Shown here piece by piece: positions 46,335 to 57,500 of a stretch of 64,000 bases of DNA. The DNA is taken from the IMG/VR virus record IMGVR_UViG_3300025840_003125; one strand, 5' to 3'. Made by a program: the position numbers and the translations under genes. Under the pieces are notes generated by a model. That model did no database searches. It saw only the letters and a list, made by a program, of their open reading frames with translations, and was not told the DNA's origin. This DNA comes from a virus. Numbering within the stretch: position 1 is the first letter of the stretch; the number at the start of each line of letters is the position of its first letter.

Positions 46335-46598
46335 ATGAAAAAAATGAGAATTTTTAAGTTTTGGAACGAATCGGGTGACGAAAAAGAGAAGGAAGCCATG
46401 AGTTTGAAGAAAGCCACTATGTCCGTACAAGGGGATTTCAAGGATAAAATCATTGGAGTTGAATATATCAGTAAAAAAGGCAAAAAAATCGTAGATTCGG
46501 TAAAAATACCAGTAGGACGGAAGATTCGTCAATCAATTATTATTGAACAAAGAAGATTAGCAAGAAAAGCTGCGTTAGAACAAAGACAAAGAGGATAA
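46335..46598 (+). CDS. basic hypothetical protein
   Basis: SD GAGG; after late promoter. Confidence 0.65.
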   Translation: MKKMRIFKFWNESGDEKEKEAMSLKKATMSVQGDFKDKIIGVEYISKKGKKIVDSVKIPVGRKIRQSIIIEQRRLARKAALEQRQRG

Positions 46599-46599
46599 T

Positions 46600-46899
46600 A
46601 TGGCTGTTAGAGAAGGAGATCCGTTGACTACAGGTCATGCTTGTACTGGAATTACTAATTTAGCAACTTCATTAGTAAGAACGGTTAAAGCAAATGCGAT
46701 TCCAGGTGCTGTACAAGGCACTCCTACCGTATCTCACACTTTTCCACCAGTTCCTTTGTGTCCTGCCCATGTTGCAAATTTAAACAAAGGATCAACAAAC
46801 GTTAAAATAGGTGGTATACCTTGGGGTCGTGTGGGAGATAGTGCTGACGCAGGTGCAATGATTTCAGGTTCTTTAAATGTATTAGTAAATGGTCTGTAA
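46600..46899 (+). CDS. PAAR spike-tip protein (gp5.4-like)
   Basis: R.GD..TTGHAC...H...GSTNVKIGG.P.GRVGD...GSLNVLV. Confidence 0.85.
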   Translation: MAVREGDPLTTGHACTGITNLATSLVRTVKANAIPGAVQGTPTVSHTFPPVPLCPAHVANLNKGSTNVKIGGIPWGRVGDSADAGAMISGSLNVLVNGL

Positions 46900-46904
46900 A
46901 GTCA

Positions 46905-46912
46905 TATAAATA
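46905..46912 (+). promoter_or_regulatory. T4-type late promoter
   Basis: TATAAATA 5 nt before gp25 ATG. Confidence 0.75.
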
Positions 46913-46917
46913 TTGCT

Positions 46918-47349
46918 ATGGCTTATTCAAACTATGACGCAAGTACAACGAATCAAAGTAAACGATCAAATCGTATTTACAAAGATTTAAATTTAAACTT
47001 TACTAAAAATCCAGCAACTAAAGATGTTGCAAGATTATTTGATGTACAGGCAATTAAGAGAGCTGTTAAGAATATAATCTTAACAAACAAATACGAAAAA
47101 CCTTTTAATTCTGACTTTGGTTGTAATTTAAGAGGTTTCTTATTTGAGAACATGACCGAACCTATGATGGTAATCATCAAAGATAGGGTTGCAATGGCAA
47201 TTGAGAAATACGAACCTAGAGTTTCAGTAGAAGATGTAGTTGTTCGGGAAGATGAAAACAATAATGGGTTAGATATTATGGTTTCATTTTTAATTAATGG
47301 TGCAGAAGCGCCTATATCAGTATCAACATTTTTACAAAGAGTAAGATAA
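46918..47349 (+). CDS. gp25: baseplate wedge subunit
   Basis: YKDLNLNF..NP.TKD...AIKRAVKNIILT...EKPF...FG..L...LFE...YEPRV. Confidence 0.92.
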   Translation: MAYSNYDASTTNQSKRSNRIYKDLNLNFTKNPATKDVARLFDVQAIKRAVKNIILTNKYEKPFNSDFGCNLRGFLFENMTEPMMVIIKDRVAMAIEKYEPRVSVEDVVVREDENNNGLDIMVSFLINGAEAPISVSTFLQRVR

Positions 47350-47350
47350 G

Positions 47351-49207
47351 ATGGCACAACACAAATTAGAAATTTCAGAATTAGATTTTGAAAATATAAA
47401 AGGTTCACTCAAAAGATTTTTAGCAAATCAAAACGAATTTAAAGATTACGACTTTGAAGGTAGTTCAATGGCAATATTGCTTGACCTACTTGCTTACAAT
47501 ACACATTACTTGGCTTACAATGCAAACTTTGTAGCAAACGAAATGTTTATGGACACAGCACAGTTAAGATCAAGTGTTGCGTCATTGGCTAAATTAGTAG
47601 GATACACACCTAACTCTGCTAGAGCACCAATCGCTGATTTAAAATTAGTAATCAACGATGGTACAGGTGCTTCAATTACAATTCCTGCAGGTACAAAATT
47701 TACTTCATCAATAGATGGTTTAACTTACACGTTTGTTTCAGTATCAGATAAAGTTGTACAACCAATTGATGGTATTTACACAGCACAAAGTTTAAATGTT
47801 TACGAAGGTACATATGTTACCTATGCTTACACATATGACAGCCAAGATATAGATCAAAGATTTTTAATACCTAGTGACAGAGCAGATACAACTACAATAA
47901 AAGTTGTAGTGCAAAATAGTGCTTCAGATGTAACACAAACCACATACACTAAAGCAAGTTCAATAACAGAATTAGATAGTACATCAAAAGTTTATTTCTG
48001 CCAAGAGGCTGAAGACGGTCAATTTGAAATTTACTTTGGTGATGGTGTAATTGGTAAATCATTAGACGATGGTAATATAATTAGTATTAGTTATGTTGTT
48101 ACAAACAAAACAGAAGCTAACGGTGCAACTGCATTTACATTATCAGGCTCTATTTCTGGATTTACAGACGTAACTACAACTGTTAACTCATCAGCACAAG
48201 GTGGTGCTGAACCTGAAAGTTTACAAAGTATAAAATTCAATGCACCTAATTTTTATGCCTCACAAGACAGAGCAGTTACAATAGAAGATTATAAATCAAA
48301 AGTAAAACAACTTTATGCTAACACACAATCAGTTAGTGCTTGGGGTGGTGAAGACGCTGAAACGCCATTCTATGGTAGAGTTTATCTTTCTATTTTACCA
48401 ACAAGTGGTTCTAATCTTACAGACGCTACAAAAGATAAAATAGTAAAAGATTTAAAAAAATATTCAGTTGCTTCAGTTACACCAGTTATCATTGATCCTG
48501 AAACAACAGATATATTAATTACATCTAACGTTAAGTTTAATGAGGCAACAACACCCAAAACTGCTGACACAATTAAATCAAACGTTGTTACAACAATAAC
48601 AGATTACAACGCAAATACATTACAAAAATTTGATACAATGTTTAGACATTCAAAACTTACAGGATTAATTGATGATACAGATGAAAGTATTTTATCAAAT
48701 GTTACTACAGTTAGATTGAGAAAATCTTTTTTACCAACAATTGGAAGTTCTACAAAATATACAATTAACTTTGCAAACGCATTATACAATCCACATTCAG
48801 GTCACAATTCTGCTTCTGGTGGTATTTTAGAATCAACAGGATTTAAAATTGATGGCGACACTACAAACATTTGGTTTTTAGATGATGATGGACAAGGTAA
48901 TGTAAGAAGATATAGAAATGATGGTTCTGTAAGATCATATGCTAACAGTACACAAGGTACAATAGATTACTCAACAGGTAAAGTTGAAGTAAACTCTTTA
49001 AATGTTTCTAATATAGAAAACGTAAGAGGTGCAGCTTCAACAGTTATAGAAGTTACGGTTAAACCTAATTCAAACGATATTGTTCCTATCAGAAATCAAG
49101 TATTAGATATTGATGTTGCAAACAGTTCAGTTACAGTTGAGGCTGACACATTAGCAGGAGGCTCAGCAAACGCTGGTATAGGATATACCACGACTAGTAG
49201 TTATTAG
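47351..49207 (+). CDS. gp6: baseplate wedge subunit
   Basis: ELDFENIK, FKDYDFEGS, LAYNTHY, FGDGVIG, QDRAVT..DY. Confidence 0.95.
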   Translation: MAQHKLEISELDFENIKGSLKRFLANQNEFKDYDFEGSSMAILLDLLAYNTHYLAYNANFVANEMFMDTAQLRSSVASLAKLVGYTPNSARAPIADLKLVINDGTGASITIPAGTKFTSSIDGLTYTFVSVSDKVVQPIDGIYTAQSLNVYEGTYVTYAYTYDSQDIDQRFLIPSDRADTTTIKVVVQNSASDVTQTTYTKASSITELDSTSKVYFCQEAEDGQFEIYFGDGVIGKSLDDGNIISISYVVTNKTEANGATAFTLSGSISGFTDVTTTVNSSAQGGAEPESLQSIKFNAPNFYASQDRAVTIEDYKSKVKQLYANTQSVSAWGGEDAETPFYGRVYLSILPTSGSNLTDATKDKIVKDLKKYSVASVTPVIIDPETTDILITSNVKFNEATTPKTADTIKSNVVTTITDYNANTLQKFDTMFRHSKLTGLIDDTDESILSNVTTVRLRKSFLPTIGSSTKYTINFANALYNPHSGHNSASGGILESTGFKIDGDTTNIWFLDDDGQGNVRRYRNDGSVRSYANSTQGTIDYSTGKVEVNSLNVSNIENVRGAASTVIEVTVKPNSNDIVPIRNQVLDIDVANSSVTVEADTLAGGSANAGIGYTTTSSY

Positions 49208-49212
49208 ATGAA

Positions 49213-51786
49213 ATGGCCGACTTTAAAGATAAAATATCAAACCTTATAAATTCACAAGTACCTGATTTTGTACTTGAAGACCACCCATTATTTTTAGACT
49301 TTGTAAAAGCATATTATCAGTTGATGGAATCAGCTGAGATTACATTAACAAACATTGGCGATCCAGATCATTTAGTATTAGAAGGTACAACAGCTGCAAA
49401 GATTGTACTTGATGGTACAAACGTAAGTAAAGATGATGGTGACGATAACGTTCTTTTAGAAGACACAAGTTATGGTGATTTTATAAACGGCGAAACTATT
49501 ACAGGTTCTACATCTGGTGCAACGACAACAGTAATAATAGAAGACGTTGATGGTGGTGGTCGTTTGTTTGTTACTCATCAAAATAAATTTATAGAAGGTG
49601 AATTAATAACAGGTTCGTCTTCAGGTGCTCAGGCAACTATAGGTAAGTACAGAGCAAACCCAGTTCAAAATATTCAACAACTTTTAGATTACGCTGATGT
49701 AGATAAAACTATATCAGGTTTCTTATCTAAATTTAGAAACTCATTTTTAACAAGTGTACCTGATAGATTATACGAAGGTATAGATAAAAGAAATCTTACA
49801 AAAAATATTAAATCACTATATCAATCTAAAGGTACAAAACGTGCAAGTGAAATATTTTTTAAATTACTTTTAAACGAAGACGCTGAAATAAGATACCCTA
49901 AAGATGAAATATTAAGGGTGTCTGATGGTAAATGGGATACTAAAAAAATAATTCGTTGTTTAGCATTAGGTAATTCAGAGCCTACAAATCTTATAGGTCA
50001 AACAATCACACAAGCAAACAACCCGACAGATACAAATATAAATGAAGCGACTGCAATTGTAGAAGATGTATTTAAATTTTTAATAGGTGGTGTAGAAGTT
50101 ACTGAATTAGTTGTAGGTGATAATTCTGTTTCTGGTACTTTTGTTGCTGGTGAAACAATTACAGGTACAGATAATACAGACGCTGATGTTTTAGTTTCAT
50201 TAACAGTTTCAAAAATTATAGATCAAAAAACAATTACAAATGATGGTGCATTATATAACGAAGATGACCAAGTAGAAATAACAGCAGGTGGTACAGGTGC
50301 AAATGTTAAAGTTGGTACAATAGGTCCTGGTACAATACAAGAAGTATTAGTAGATACAGGTGGTACAGGTTACGCTGTAGGTGATACCATAAACTTTGGC
50401 ACAGGAAATGCGACTGCAAGAGTATCAGTTGTAAATGGTGGTGTTACATTAGAGTCTGGTACAGGTCAATTAATATTAGAAGATGAAACAGGTAAGAATG
50501 ACCAATATTTTGGTAACAAAGTTGTACAAGAAGCAGGTTCAGGTAACGAAGATATTACAGATGTTAGAATGATTGAGTTTGGTAATGGTTATACATCTTT
50601 ACCTAGTGTGACGGTTACGTCATCTGGTGGTAGTGGTGCAAAACTATTAGCATATGGTTCTGAAATAGGACGTGCATTAACAATGAAAGTAATTGAGTCT
50701 GGTTATAATTATCAAGCAAGTCCTGCACCAACAATAAAGTTACCAACTTATATTTTATACAATGGTCTTTCAGGTGGTTTAAGTGAAGGAGAAACAATAA
50801 CTGGTGGTACTAGTAGTGTTACTGCTGAGATAGTTTCTATAGATACGGATTTGAATATTGTAAAAGCAAAAAATCATAGTGGATCATTTGTAGAGGGAGA
50901 AACAATTACTGGTGGTAATGGCGCTACATTTACTGCATTAAGATTACAACAAGCAACTGGTACAGTTTCAACAGGTACAGTTGTAACTACAGATGGTACT
51001 TTTATAAACGAAGATGGTTGGGTATCTGAAAACTCAATGAAAATACAAGACAGTTTATTATACCAAGATTATTCATATATCATAAAAGTTGGTAGATCAA
51101 TTAATGAATGGCGTGACGCATATGTAAAAACTTTACACTCTGCTGGTTTTTATTTTCAAGGTGAGATTGCCATACAGTCAAGTTTAAATGCTCAGATTAG
51201 AAGAATAACTGGAGTAAACTCTGGTGTAGAAGGTATCTTAAAAACTCTACTTACAAGAATTTACTCAAAACTTATTGGTCGTAGATTGGGTACAGAAACA
51301 GATGGTACAAGTTTAAGAGCAAATGCAAAAGCGGCTGTTGCAGCTGATTTTGATACAGATACTATAACACAATTTGATAAAACAACAAGAGATGTAACTT
51401 TAAAAACACAACCACTTGTAATAGATTATGTAAGTAGAGTTAGACGTACTATAAACAATGTCAATGTAAGACAAGGATTTGTATATGCAGGACCTAGATT
51501 TGGCACAATAAACAAAATGATACAAACTGCATTTGGTCTTACAGCAAACGGAACGCCTAGTAGTAGTGGTATTACATTTGAACAATTAAGTGCTATTAAA
51601 GTAAAAGGTACAAGAACATCACTAGATGGTTCTAACGCAATATTTTTAATGACATCTTCAGAGGATGGTAGAAAAATCAAAACAAATTTCACAATTCCTG
51701 CACAAATAGGTGTTTTACAAGGTGATACTTTTGATGAAACACAAACCACATTTGATAATACTAATATTACAATGGATGCAGGTTAA
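49213..51786 (+). CDS. gp7: baseplate wedge initiator (gp7-like)
   Basis: Q.PDFV.EDHPLF..F.KAYY, YQSKGT, SDGKW, IQDSLLYQDYSY.IK, LHSAG; between gp6 and gp8. Confidence 0.75.
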   Translation: MADFKDKISNLINSQVPDFVLEDHPLFLDFVKAYYQLMESAEITLTNIGDPDHLVLEGTTAAKIVLDGTNVSKDDGDDNVLLEDTSYGDFINGETITGSTSGATTTVIIEDVDGGGRLFVTHQNKFIEGELITGSSSGAQATIGKYRANPVQNIQQLLDYADVDKTISGFLSKFRNSFLTSVPDRLYEGIDKRNLTKNIKSLYQSKGTKRASEIFFKLLLNEDAEIRYPKDEILRVSDGKWDTKKIIRCLALGNSEPTNLIGQTITQANNPTDTNINEATAIVEDVFKFLIGGVEVTELVVGDNSVSGTFVAGETITGTDNTDADVLVSLTVSKIIDQKTITNDGALYNEDDQVEITAGGTGANVKVGTIGPGTIQEVLVDTGGTGYAVGDTINFGTGNATARVSVVNGGVTLESGTGQLILEDETGKNDQYFGNKVVQEAGSGNEDITDVRMIEFGNGYTSLPSVTVTSSGGSGAKLLAYGSEIGRALTMKVIESGYNYQASPAPTIKLPTYILYNGLSGGLSEGETITGGTSSVTAEIVSIDTDLNIVKAKNHSGSFVEGETITGGNGATFTALRLQQATGTVSTGTVVTTDGTFINEDGWVSENSMKIQDSLLYQDYSYIIKVGRSINEWRDAYVKTLHSAGFYFQGEIAIQSSLNAQIRRITGVNSGVEGILKTLLTRIYSKLIGRRLGTETDGTSLRANAKAAVAADFDTDTITQFDKTTRDVTLKTQPLVIDYVSRVRRTINNVNVRQGFVYAGPRFGTINKMIQTAFGLTANGTPSSSGITFEQLSAIKVKGTRTSLDGSNAIFLMTSSEDGRKIKTNFTIPAQIGVLQGDTFDETQTTFDNTNITMDAG

Positions 51787-51788
51787 GA

Positions 51789-51796
51789 TATAAATA
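51789..51796 (+). promoter_or_regulatory. T4-type late promoter
   Basis: TATAAATA. Confidence 0.7.
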
Positions 51797-51809
51797 GTAA
51801 GAGAGATAT

Positions 51810-52976
51810 ATGGCAAAACAAACAATAAACATCGGATCAATCGCAAATGACGGCACAGGTTCAACACTTCGAGCCGCTGGTGATTTAGTTAATGATAACT
51901 TTAATGAAATTTACACAGCAATAGGTGACGGTACAACTTTAACAAATATATTAGCTGCTGGTTATATTACATCATCAAGTACAGATACATTAACTAACAA
52001 ATCAGGTAATATAAGTCAATGGACAAATGACTCAGGTTATTTAACTTCATTTTCTGAAGCTAATGATTTATCATCAGCAGTTACTTGGGCTGATGTTCCT
52101 GATGCTAATATTACACAATCAAGTGTAACACAACACCAAGCTGCAATAAATTCAGGTGTTTCCATTACAGAAAGTCAAATAAGTGATTTACAAAGTTACA
52201 TAACTGCAGGCTCAACAACAGCACTTACTAATAAAACTTTTGACGCAAATGGCACTGGTAATTCAATTTCAAACATTGAAGTTGCTGACTTAGCGTCTGG
52301 TGTATTAGACACAGATTTAACTACAGTTGCAGGCACAGATACTACACTTGCTTCAGCAAAAGCAATTAAAACTTATGTTGATAATGTTGCAGCTGCAGGT
52401 ATACATTATCATACAGCAGTAAGAGTAGAGTCGCCAATAAATTTAAATGCTTCATATGATAACGGTACTTTAGGTGTTGGTGCAACTTTAACTAACACAG
52501 GTACTTTAGCAGCCATTTCAATTGATGGTGTTGCTTTAAATTTAAATGATAGAGTTTTAATTTATAATCAATCAAATGCAGCTCACAATGGTGTATATTA
52601 TGTATCAACTGTTGGTGATGGTGCAACTGCTTGGGTATTAACAAGAACAACAGATACAGACAGTTATGGTGCTTCTGATCCAGACTCTTTGGGGGAAGGT
52701 GATGCCTTTTTCGTAAGTGAAGGGAATACAGGTGCTGGAGAATTATATGTAATGAATACTAATGGTACAATTACATTTGGTACTACAAATATTACATTTT
52801 CTGTAATTGCCGAAACAGCAGTATATTCAGCAGGACAGTCATTAACACTATCAGGCACAGTATTTTCAGTAACATCGGGTTCTATAAGTTCAACACAACT
52901 AACAAGTGCTGTTGAATTGCAAATATTAGATAGTTCTGGATCAACAGTTAAATCACTATATGGTGCAGGATCGTAA
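51810..52976 (+). CDS. virion structural / fibre protein with gp9/gp10-like N-terminus
   Basis: MAKQTINIGSIANDGTGSTLRAAG..VNDNFNEIY; DRVL..NQ..A.HNGVY. Confidence 0.7.
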   Translation: MAKQTINIGSIANDGTGSTLRAAGDLVNDNFNEIYTAIGDGTTLTNILAAGYITSSSTDTLTNKSGNISQWTNDSGYLTSFSEANDLSSAVTWADVPDANITQSSVTQHQAAINSGVSITESQISDLQSYITAGSTTALTNKTFDANGTGNSISNIEVADLASGVLDTDLTTVAGTDTTLASAKAIKTYVDNVAAAGIHYHTAVRVESPINLNASYDNGTLGVGATLTNTGTLAAISIDGVALNLNDRVLIYNQSNAAHNGVYYVSTVGDGATAWVLTRTTDTDSYGASDPDSLGEGDAFFVSEGNTGAGELYVMNTNGTITFGTTNITFSVIAETAVYSAGQSLTLSGTVFSVTSGSISSTQLTSAVELQILDSSGSTVKSLYGAGS

Positions 52977-52985
52977 TAAAAAGAT

Positions 52986-52993
52986 TATAAATA
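52986..52993 (+). promoter_or_regulatory. T4-type late promoter
   Basis: TATAAATA. Confidence 0.7.
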
Positions 52994-53008
52994 TAAAGAG
53001 GAATAACA

Positions 53009-54505
53009 ATGCCAGCAATAATAACAAATAAATTTAGAATGAACAATGCGGAACAGTTTCAGGAATCATTTTCTGAAGCTTCTCCAACAGTTTACTACTT
53101 AGGAATAGGTAGAGCACAAGAATTTGGTACTTTAACAAGACCAGATGGTAGAACAGACTACGAAGGTACAGAAACAGCACCTACTACACCAGGTGATAGT
53201 GTACTAAATGAATTTAAAAACTATGATGATCTGCTGGCTGCAAAAAAGATCACAGGTTCAGACGTTTCATTTGTTATTCCTAGAAGAAACTGGACATCAG
53301 GTACAACATACGATATTTACAGACACGATTACGAGGAGTTTGTAACAGGTAGCACATCAACAAGGGTTACATCAAATAGTGGTGCAACAACTTTGTTTGA
53401 CTCTACTTTTTATGTAATAACTTCAGATAGAAACGTTTACAAGTGTTTAGACAATGATGGTAATACTGCTTCGACAGTAGAACCAACAGGTACTGGTACA
53501 ACTTTAATTACAACTGGTGATGGATACAAGTGGAAATATATGTACACTTTATCTGCTGCTCAACAATCAAATTTCTTATCAACTGACTTTATGGCAGTTT
53601 CAACTGACTCAACTGTATCATCAGCTGCTGTTGATGGCGCACTAGACGTAGTAAAAGTTAAAACTGGTGGATCAAGTTATACAGTTTCAGGTGGTGGTAC
53701 ATCAGGAACAATAACTGCTGTGCCAATTAGAGGTGATGGTAGTGGTGGTGTTTGCTCTGTAACTTTAACTTCAGGCGCTATAACTGCTGTATCTATAACA
53801 ACTGCTGGTACTGGTTACACTTCAGGTTATATTAAAAATGCTGACATCATTGCAGCTACAAATGCTGGTGGTGCTGGATCAGGTGCAGAATTAGACGTAA
53901 TCATTCCACCAAAAGGTGGTCATGGTTTTAACGCCGTAGAAGAATTAGGTGGATTCTTTGTTATGTTAAATACAACATTAGAAGGAACTGAAAGTTCTAA
54001 CTCTGGTGATTTTACGGCTGCAAACGACTTTAGAAAAATTACTTTAATTAAGAATCCAAACAACGCAGCTGGTTCGGCTGCTTCTGCGTCAACATTAAGA
54101 GGCACATATGCTGTTAAAATTAATACTTCACCCACTCCAGGAACATTTGTTGTTGATGAAGAAATTAATCAGGCAAGTACAGGTGCTGTAGGTAAAGTTG
54201 TTGAATGGGATGCTACAAATAAAATTTTATATTATGTTCAGACTAGACACAATGGCGCTGGTGCTGATACAAATGGTAACGTTACTGCTTTTAGTGGTAC
54301 AAATGTAATTACTGGACAAACATCTAGTGCTACAGGTACTCCCGAAAATACTACTTCAACTGTTAACAATGTTTCATTCACTTCTGGTTATGCTACTCCT
54401 GAATTGAAACATGATACTGGAGAAATCTTATACGTTGAAAATAGAACAAAAATTGCAAGAGCGACTGACCAAACTGAAAACATCAAACTCATTATTGAGT
54501 TTTAA
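53009..54505 (+). CDS. gp8: baseplate wedge subunit
   Basis: MPAIITNKFR..NA, VIPRRNWTSG, VYKCLDN, DGYKWKYMY, GEILYVENR. Confidence 0.92.
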   Translation: MPAIITNKFRMNNAEQFQESFSEASPTVYYLGIGRAQEFGTLTRPDGRTDYEGTETAPTTPGDSVLNEFKNYDDLLAAKKITGSDVSFVIPRRNWTSGTTYDIYRHDYEEFVTGSTSTRVTSNSGATTLFDSTFYVITSDRNVYKCLDNDGNTASTVEPTGTGTTLITTGDGYKWKYMYTLSAAQQSNFLSTDFMAVSTDSTVSSAAVDGALDVVKVKTGGSSYTVSGGGTSGTITAVPIRGDGSGGVCSVTLTSGAITAVSITTAGTGYTSGYIKNADIIAATNAGGAGSGAELDVIIPPKGGHGFNAVEELGGFFVMLNTTLEGTESSNSGDFTAANDFRKITLIKNPNNAAGSAASASTLRGTYAVKINTSPTPGTFVVDEEINQASTGAVGKVVEWDATNKILYYVQTRHNGAGADTNGNVTAFSGTNVITGQTSSATGTPENTTSTVNNVSFTSGYATPELKHDTGEILYVENRTKIARATDQTENIKLIIEF

Positions 54506-54521
54506 TAGGGGAAAATAGATA

Positions 54522-57500
54522 ATGCCAAGTCCAACTGATTTTAATGTCAGTCCTTACTATGACGATTTTACAGAGTCAAAAAAGTTTCACAGAATACTTT
54601 TTAGACCTGCTTTTGCTGTTCAGGCTAGAGAATTAACTCAATCTCAAACACAATTACAAAATCAAATAGAAAGAATGTCAGATCACCTTTTTGATAAGGG
54701 ATCAATGGTCATTCCTGGTGAAATTGGTTACGATTTAAAATACTATGCTGTTAAGTTAACATCTAAATCTGCTTCAACTGTAGATAGTTATATTGACACT
54801 ACACTAACAGGTGGTACTTCAGGCGTTACTGCTAAAGTTGTAAACGCTGTTGCTACAGACGGTACTGATCCAGATACACTATTCGTTAAATACATGAATA
54901 CTGCTTCTGATGGTGCACAAATTCCTTTTACACATGGTGAAACAATAACATCATCTAATACTTCAACAGCTGTTGTTGCTTCTTGTCATACAGGATCAGC
55001 TGCACAGATTAAAGAAGGTGTATATTACATCAATGGTTTTCACGTTCAAGTATCTGCACAAACTTTAATACTTGAAAAATATTCAGATACTCCTAGTTAT
55101 AGAGTTGGTTTATCAGTAACAGAATCTTTTGTTGCACCTGGTGATGATACATCTCTAAACGATAACGCACAAGGCGTATCAAACTCAAACGCTCCTGGCG
55201 CTCACAGATTTAAAATACTTTTAACATTAGGCAAAAAAGCATTAAACAATACTGAAGATAGTAACTTCTATGAATTGTTAAGATTGTCAAGTGGTGTATT
55301 ACAAAACCAAGTTAGAACAACTGAATACGCTGTATTAGAAGATACACTTGCTCGTAGAACATTTGACGAAAGTGGTGACTATGTTGTAAGACCTTTTGAT
55401 ATAGATGTTAGAGAACATTTATCTTCAGGCAACAATAGAGGTATCTTTACATCATCAGCAGGTGGTGACGCAACTAAACTTGCAGTAGGATTCTCTCCTG
55501 GAAAAGCATATGTAAAAGGTTATGAGATAGACACAATCGCAACAACTTTTTTACCTGTAGATAAGGCAAGAGATTTTGACACACAAAATAATTTTAGTAC
55601 TAGATTTGATGTAGGTAACTTTGTAAACGTAACAAACGTTTATGGTTCTCCTGACATTTCAACTGCTTCAGGTGTAGAAGGATTTAAAGGTTTAACTTTA
55701 CACAATACAGCAACAAGTTCACGTGGTACTGCAAACACAGGATCAAGTTCAGATATTACTACAATTGGTAGAGCAAAAAGTAGAGGCTTTGAATATTCTT
55801 CAGGTACTGCTGCTTCAAACATATTTTCAAGTTCAAGTGTAACAAGTGCTGTTTATAAACATTATCTTTTTGATATAGTTTTATTTACACACTTAAATAT
55901 TAAAACTGCACAAGCATTTACAACAGGTGAAACTGTAACTGGTAGTACTTCTGGTGCTACTGCAACAGTTCAATCTGTATCTACTACAGAAAGTGCTACA
56001 ATCACAGGTGCAACAGCAGCTGATCCTGTAGTTATTACATCTTCAAATAAATTTAAAGAAGGTCAACAAGTAACAATAACAGGTGTAGGTGGTATGACTG
56101 AATTAAATGGTAACGTTTATACGGTTAGAAATCCATCGGCATCAAATTTTGAATTATACGACACAGACGGCACTACTTCAATTGATGGATCAGGATTTAC
56201 TAGTTATACTTCAGGCGGTGCAGCTGCACATGGTGTAGTTATAGTATCAAACGTACAAGGTACTTTTGCTACTGGCGAAACAATAACAGGTGGCACATCA
56301 AGTAACACAGCAGTTATTCAAGCAGACGCTGTTGGTTTAAAAGGTGTTACTGCATTTGATATACCACAAGTTAAACAAATTGCAATGGCAGGTTCGCCTA
56401 CATTTACTGCTGATACAGCATTAGACGCTACAAATGGCGACAATGCAACATTAACAGGTACACTATCTATCGCAAATAGTGGTACATCTGTAACAGGTTT
56501 CAATACAAGATTTACATCTGAATTATTAGTTGGCGATTCAATATCATTTACTACAGACGGTGGTACCTCTTTAACTAGAATAGTTGAGGCTATCATTAGT
56601 GATAGTTCAATAACACTATCAGCTGCTGTTGGTGGATCAGACGTATCCACAAAAACAATTGCAACGAGAAGAAGAACAAAAATACAATCACCTGATAAAA
56701 ATATTTCTATATTCAAACTGCCGTATGAAAATATTAAAACATTAAGAACAACTGCAAATGGTAATGCTTCAGATACAAGTTATACATTTAGAAAACATGA
56801 AATTAAAACACTAACTGGTGATGGTATTGCAACATTTACTGCTGGTGTAGATGAAACGTTTGCCGATTTATCAGAAAATGATTTTACTATTTCAATTACA
56901 AGTTTAGGTTCTGGTGGTTCTGGTGCTGTAGGTGATGTATTAAGTTTGACAGGAAATAACCACGAAGGTTCTGCAATCTTTACTTTAAATGTTGCTAAAA
57001 CACAATTAACTATTGACTTTGGTGCTAACTACGCTTCACATGACGTTAAAGCATTATTAACTATAAACAAAACGGTAGGTACTTCGAAAACAAAAACACT
57101 TAACAGTAATGAAACACTTGCTGTATCTACACAGGCAACAATAGAGAGTGGTGTAATTAGTTTAGCAAAAGCAGACGTAATTGCTATCAATTCAATTTAC
57201 ATGGCACCTGACTTTAGTACGGATGCAACAATATCACATACAGACGTTACAGATAGATTTGATTTAGATACAGGTCAAAGAGATAACTTCTATGATGTTG
57301 GTAGAATAAAATTAAAAACTGGTGCGTTAACACCAACAGGTAGATTACTTGTAAACTTTAACTATTACTCTCATAGTGCAGGAGATTATTTTGATGTTGA
57401 CTCATATTCAGCAATTAATTACGAAGACATTCCTGCTTACACTTCAGACCATACAGGTGTTAGATATGAATTAAGAGATAGTTTAGACTTTAGACCAAGA

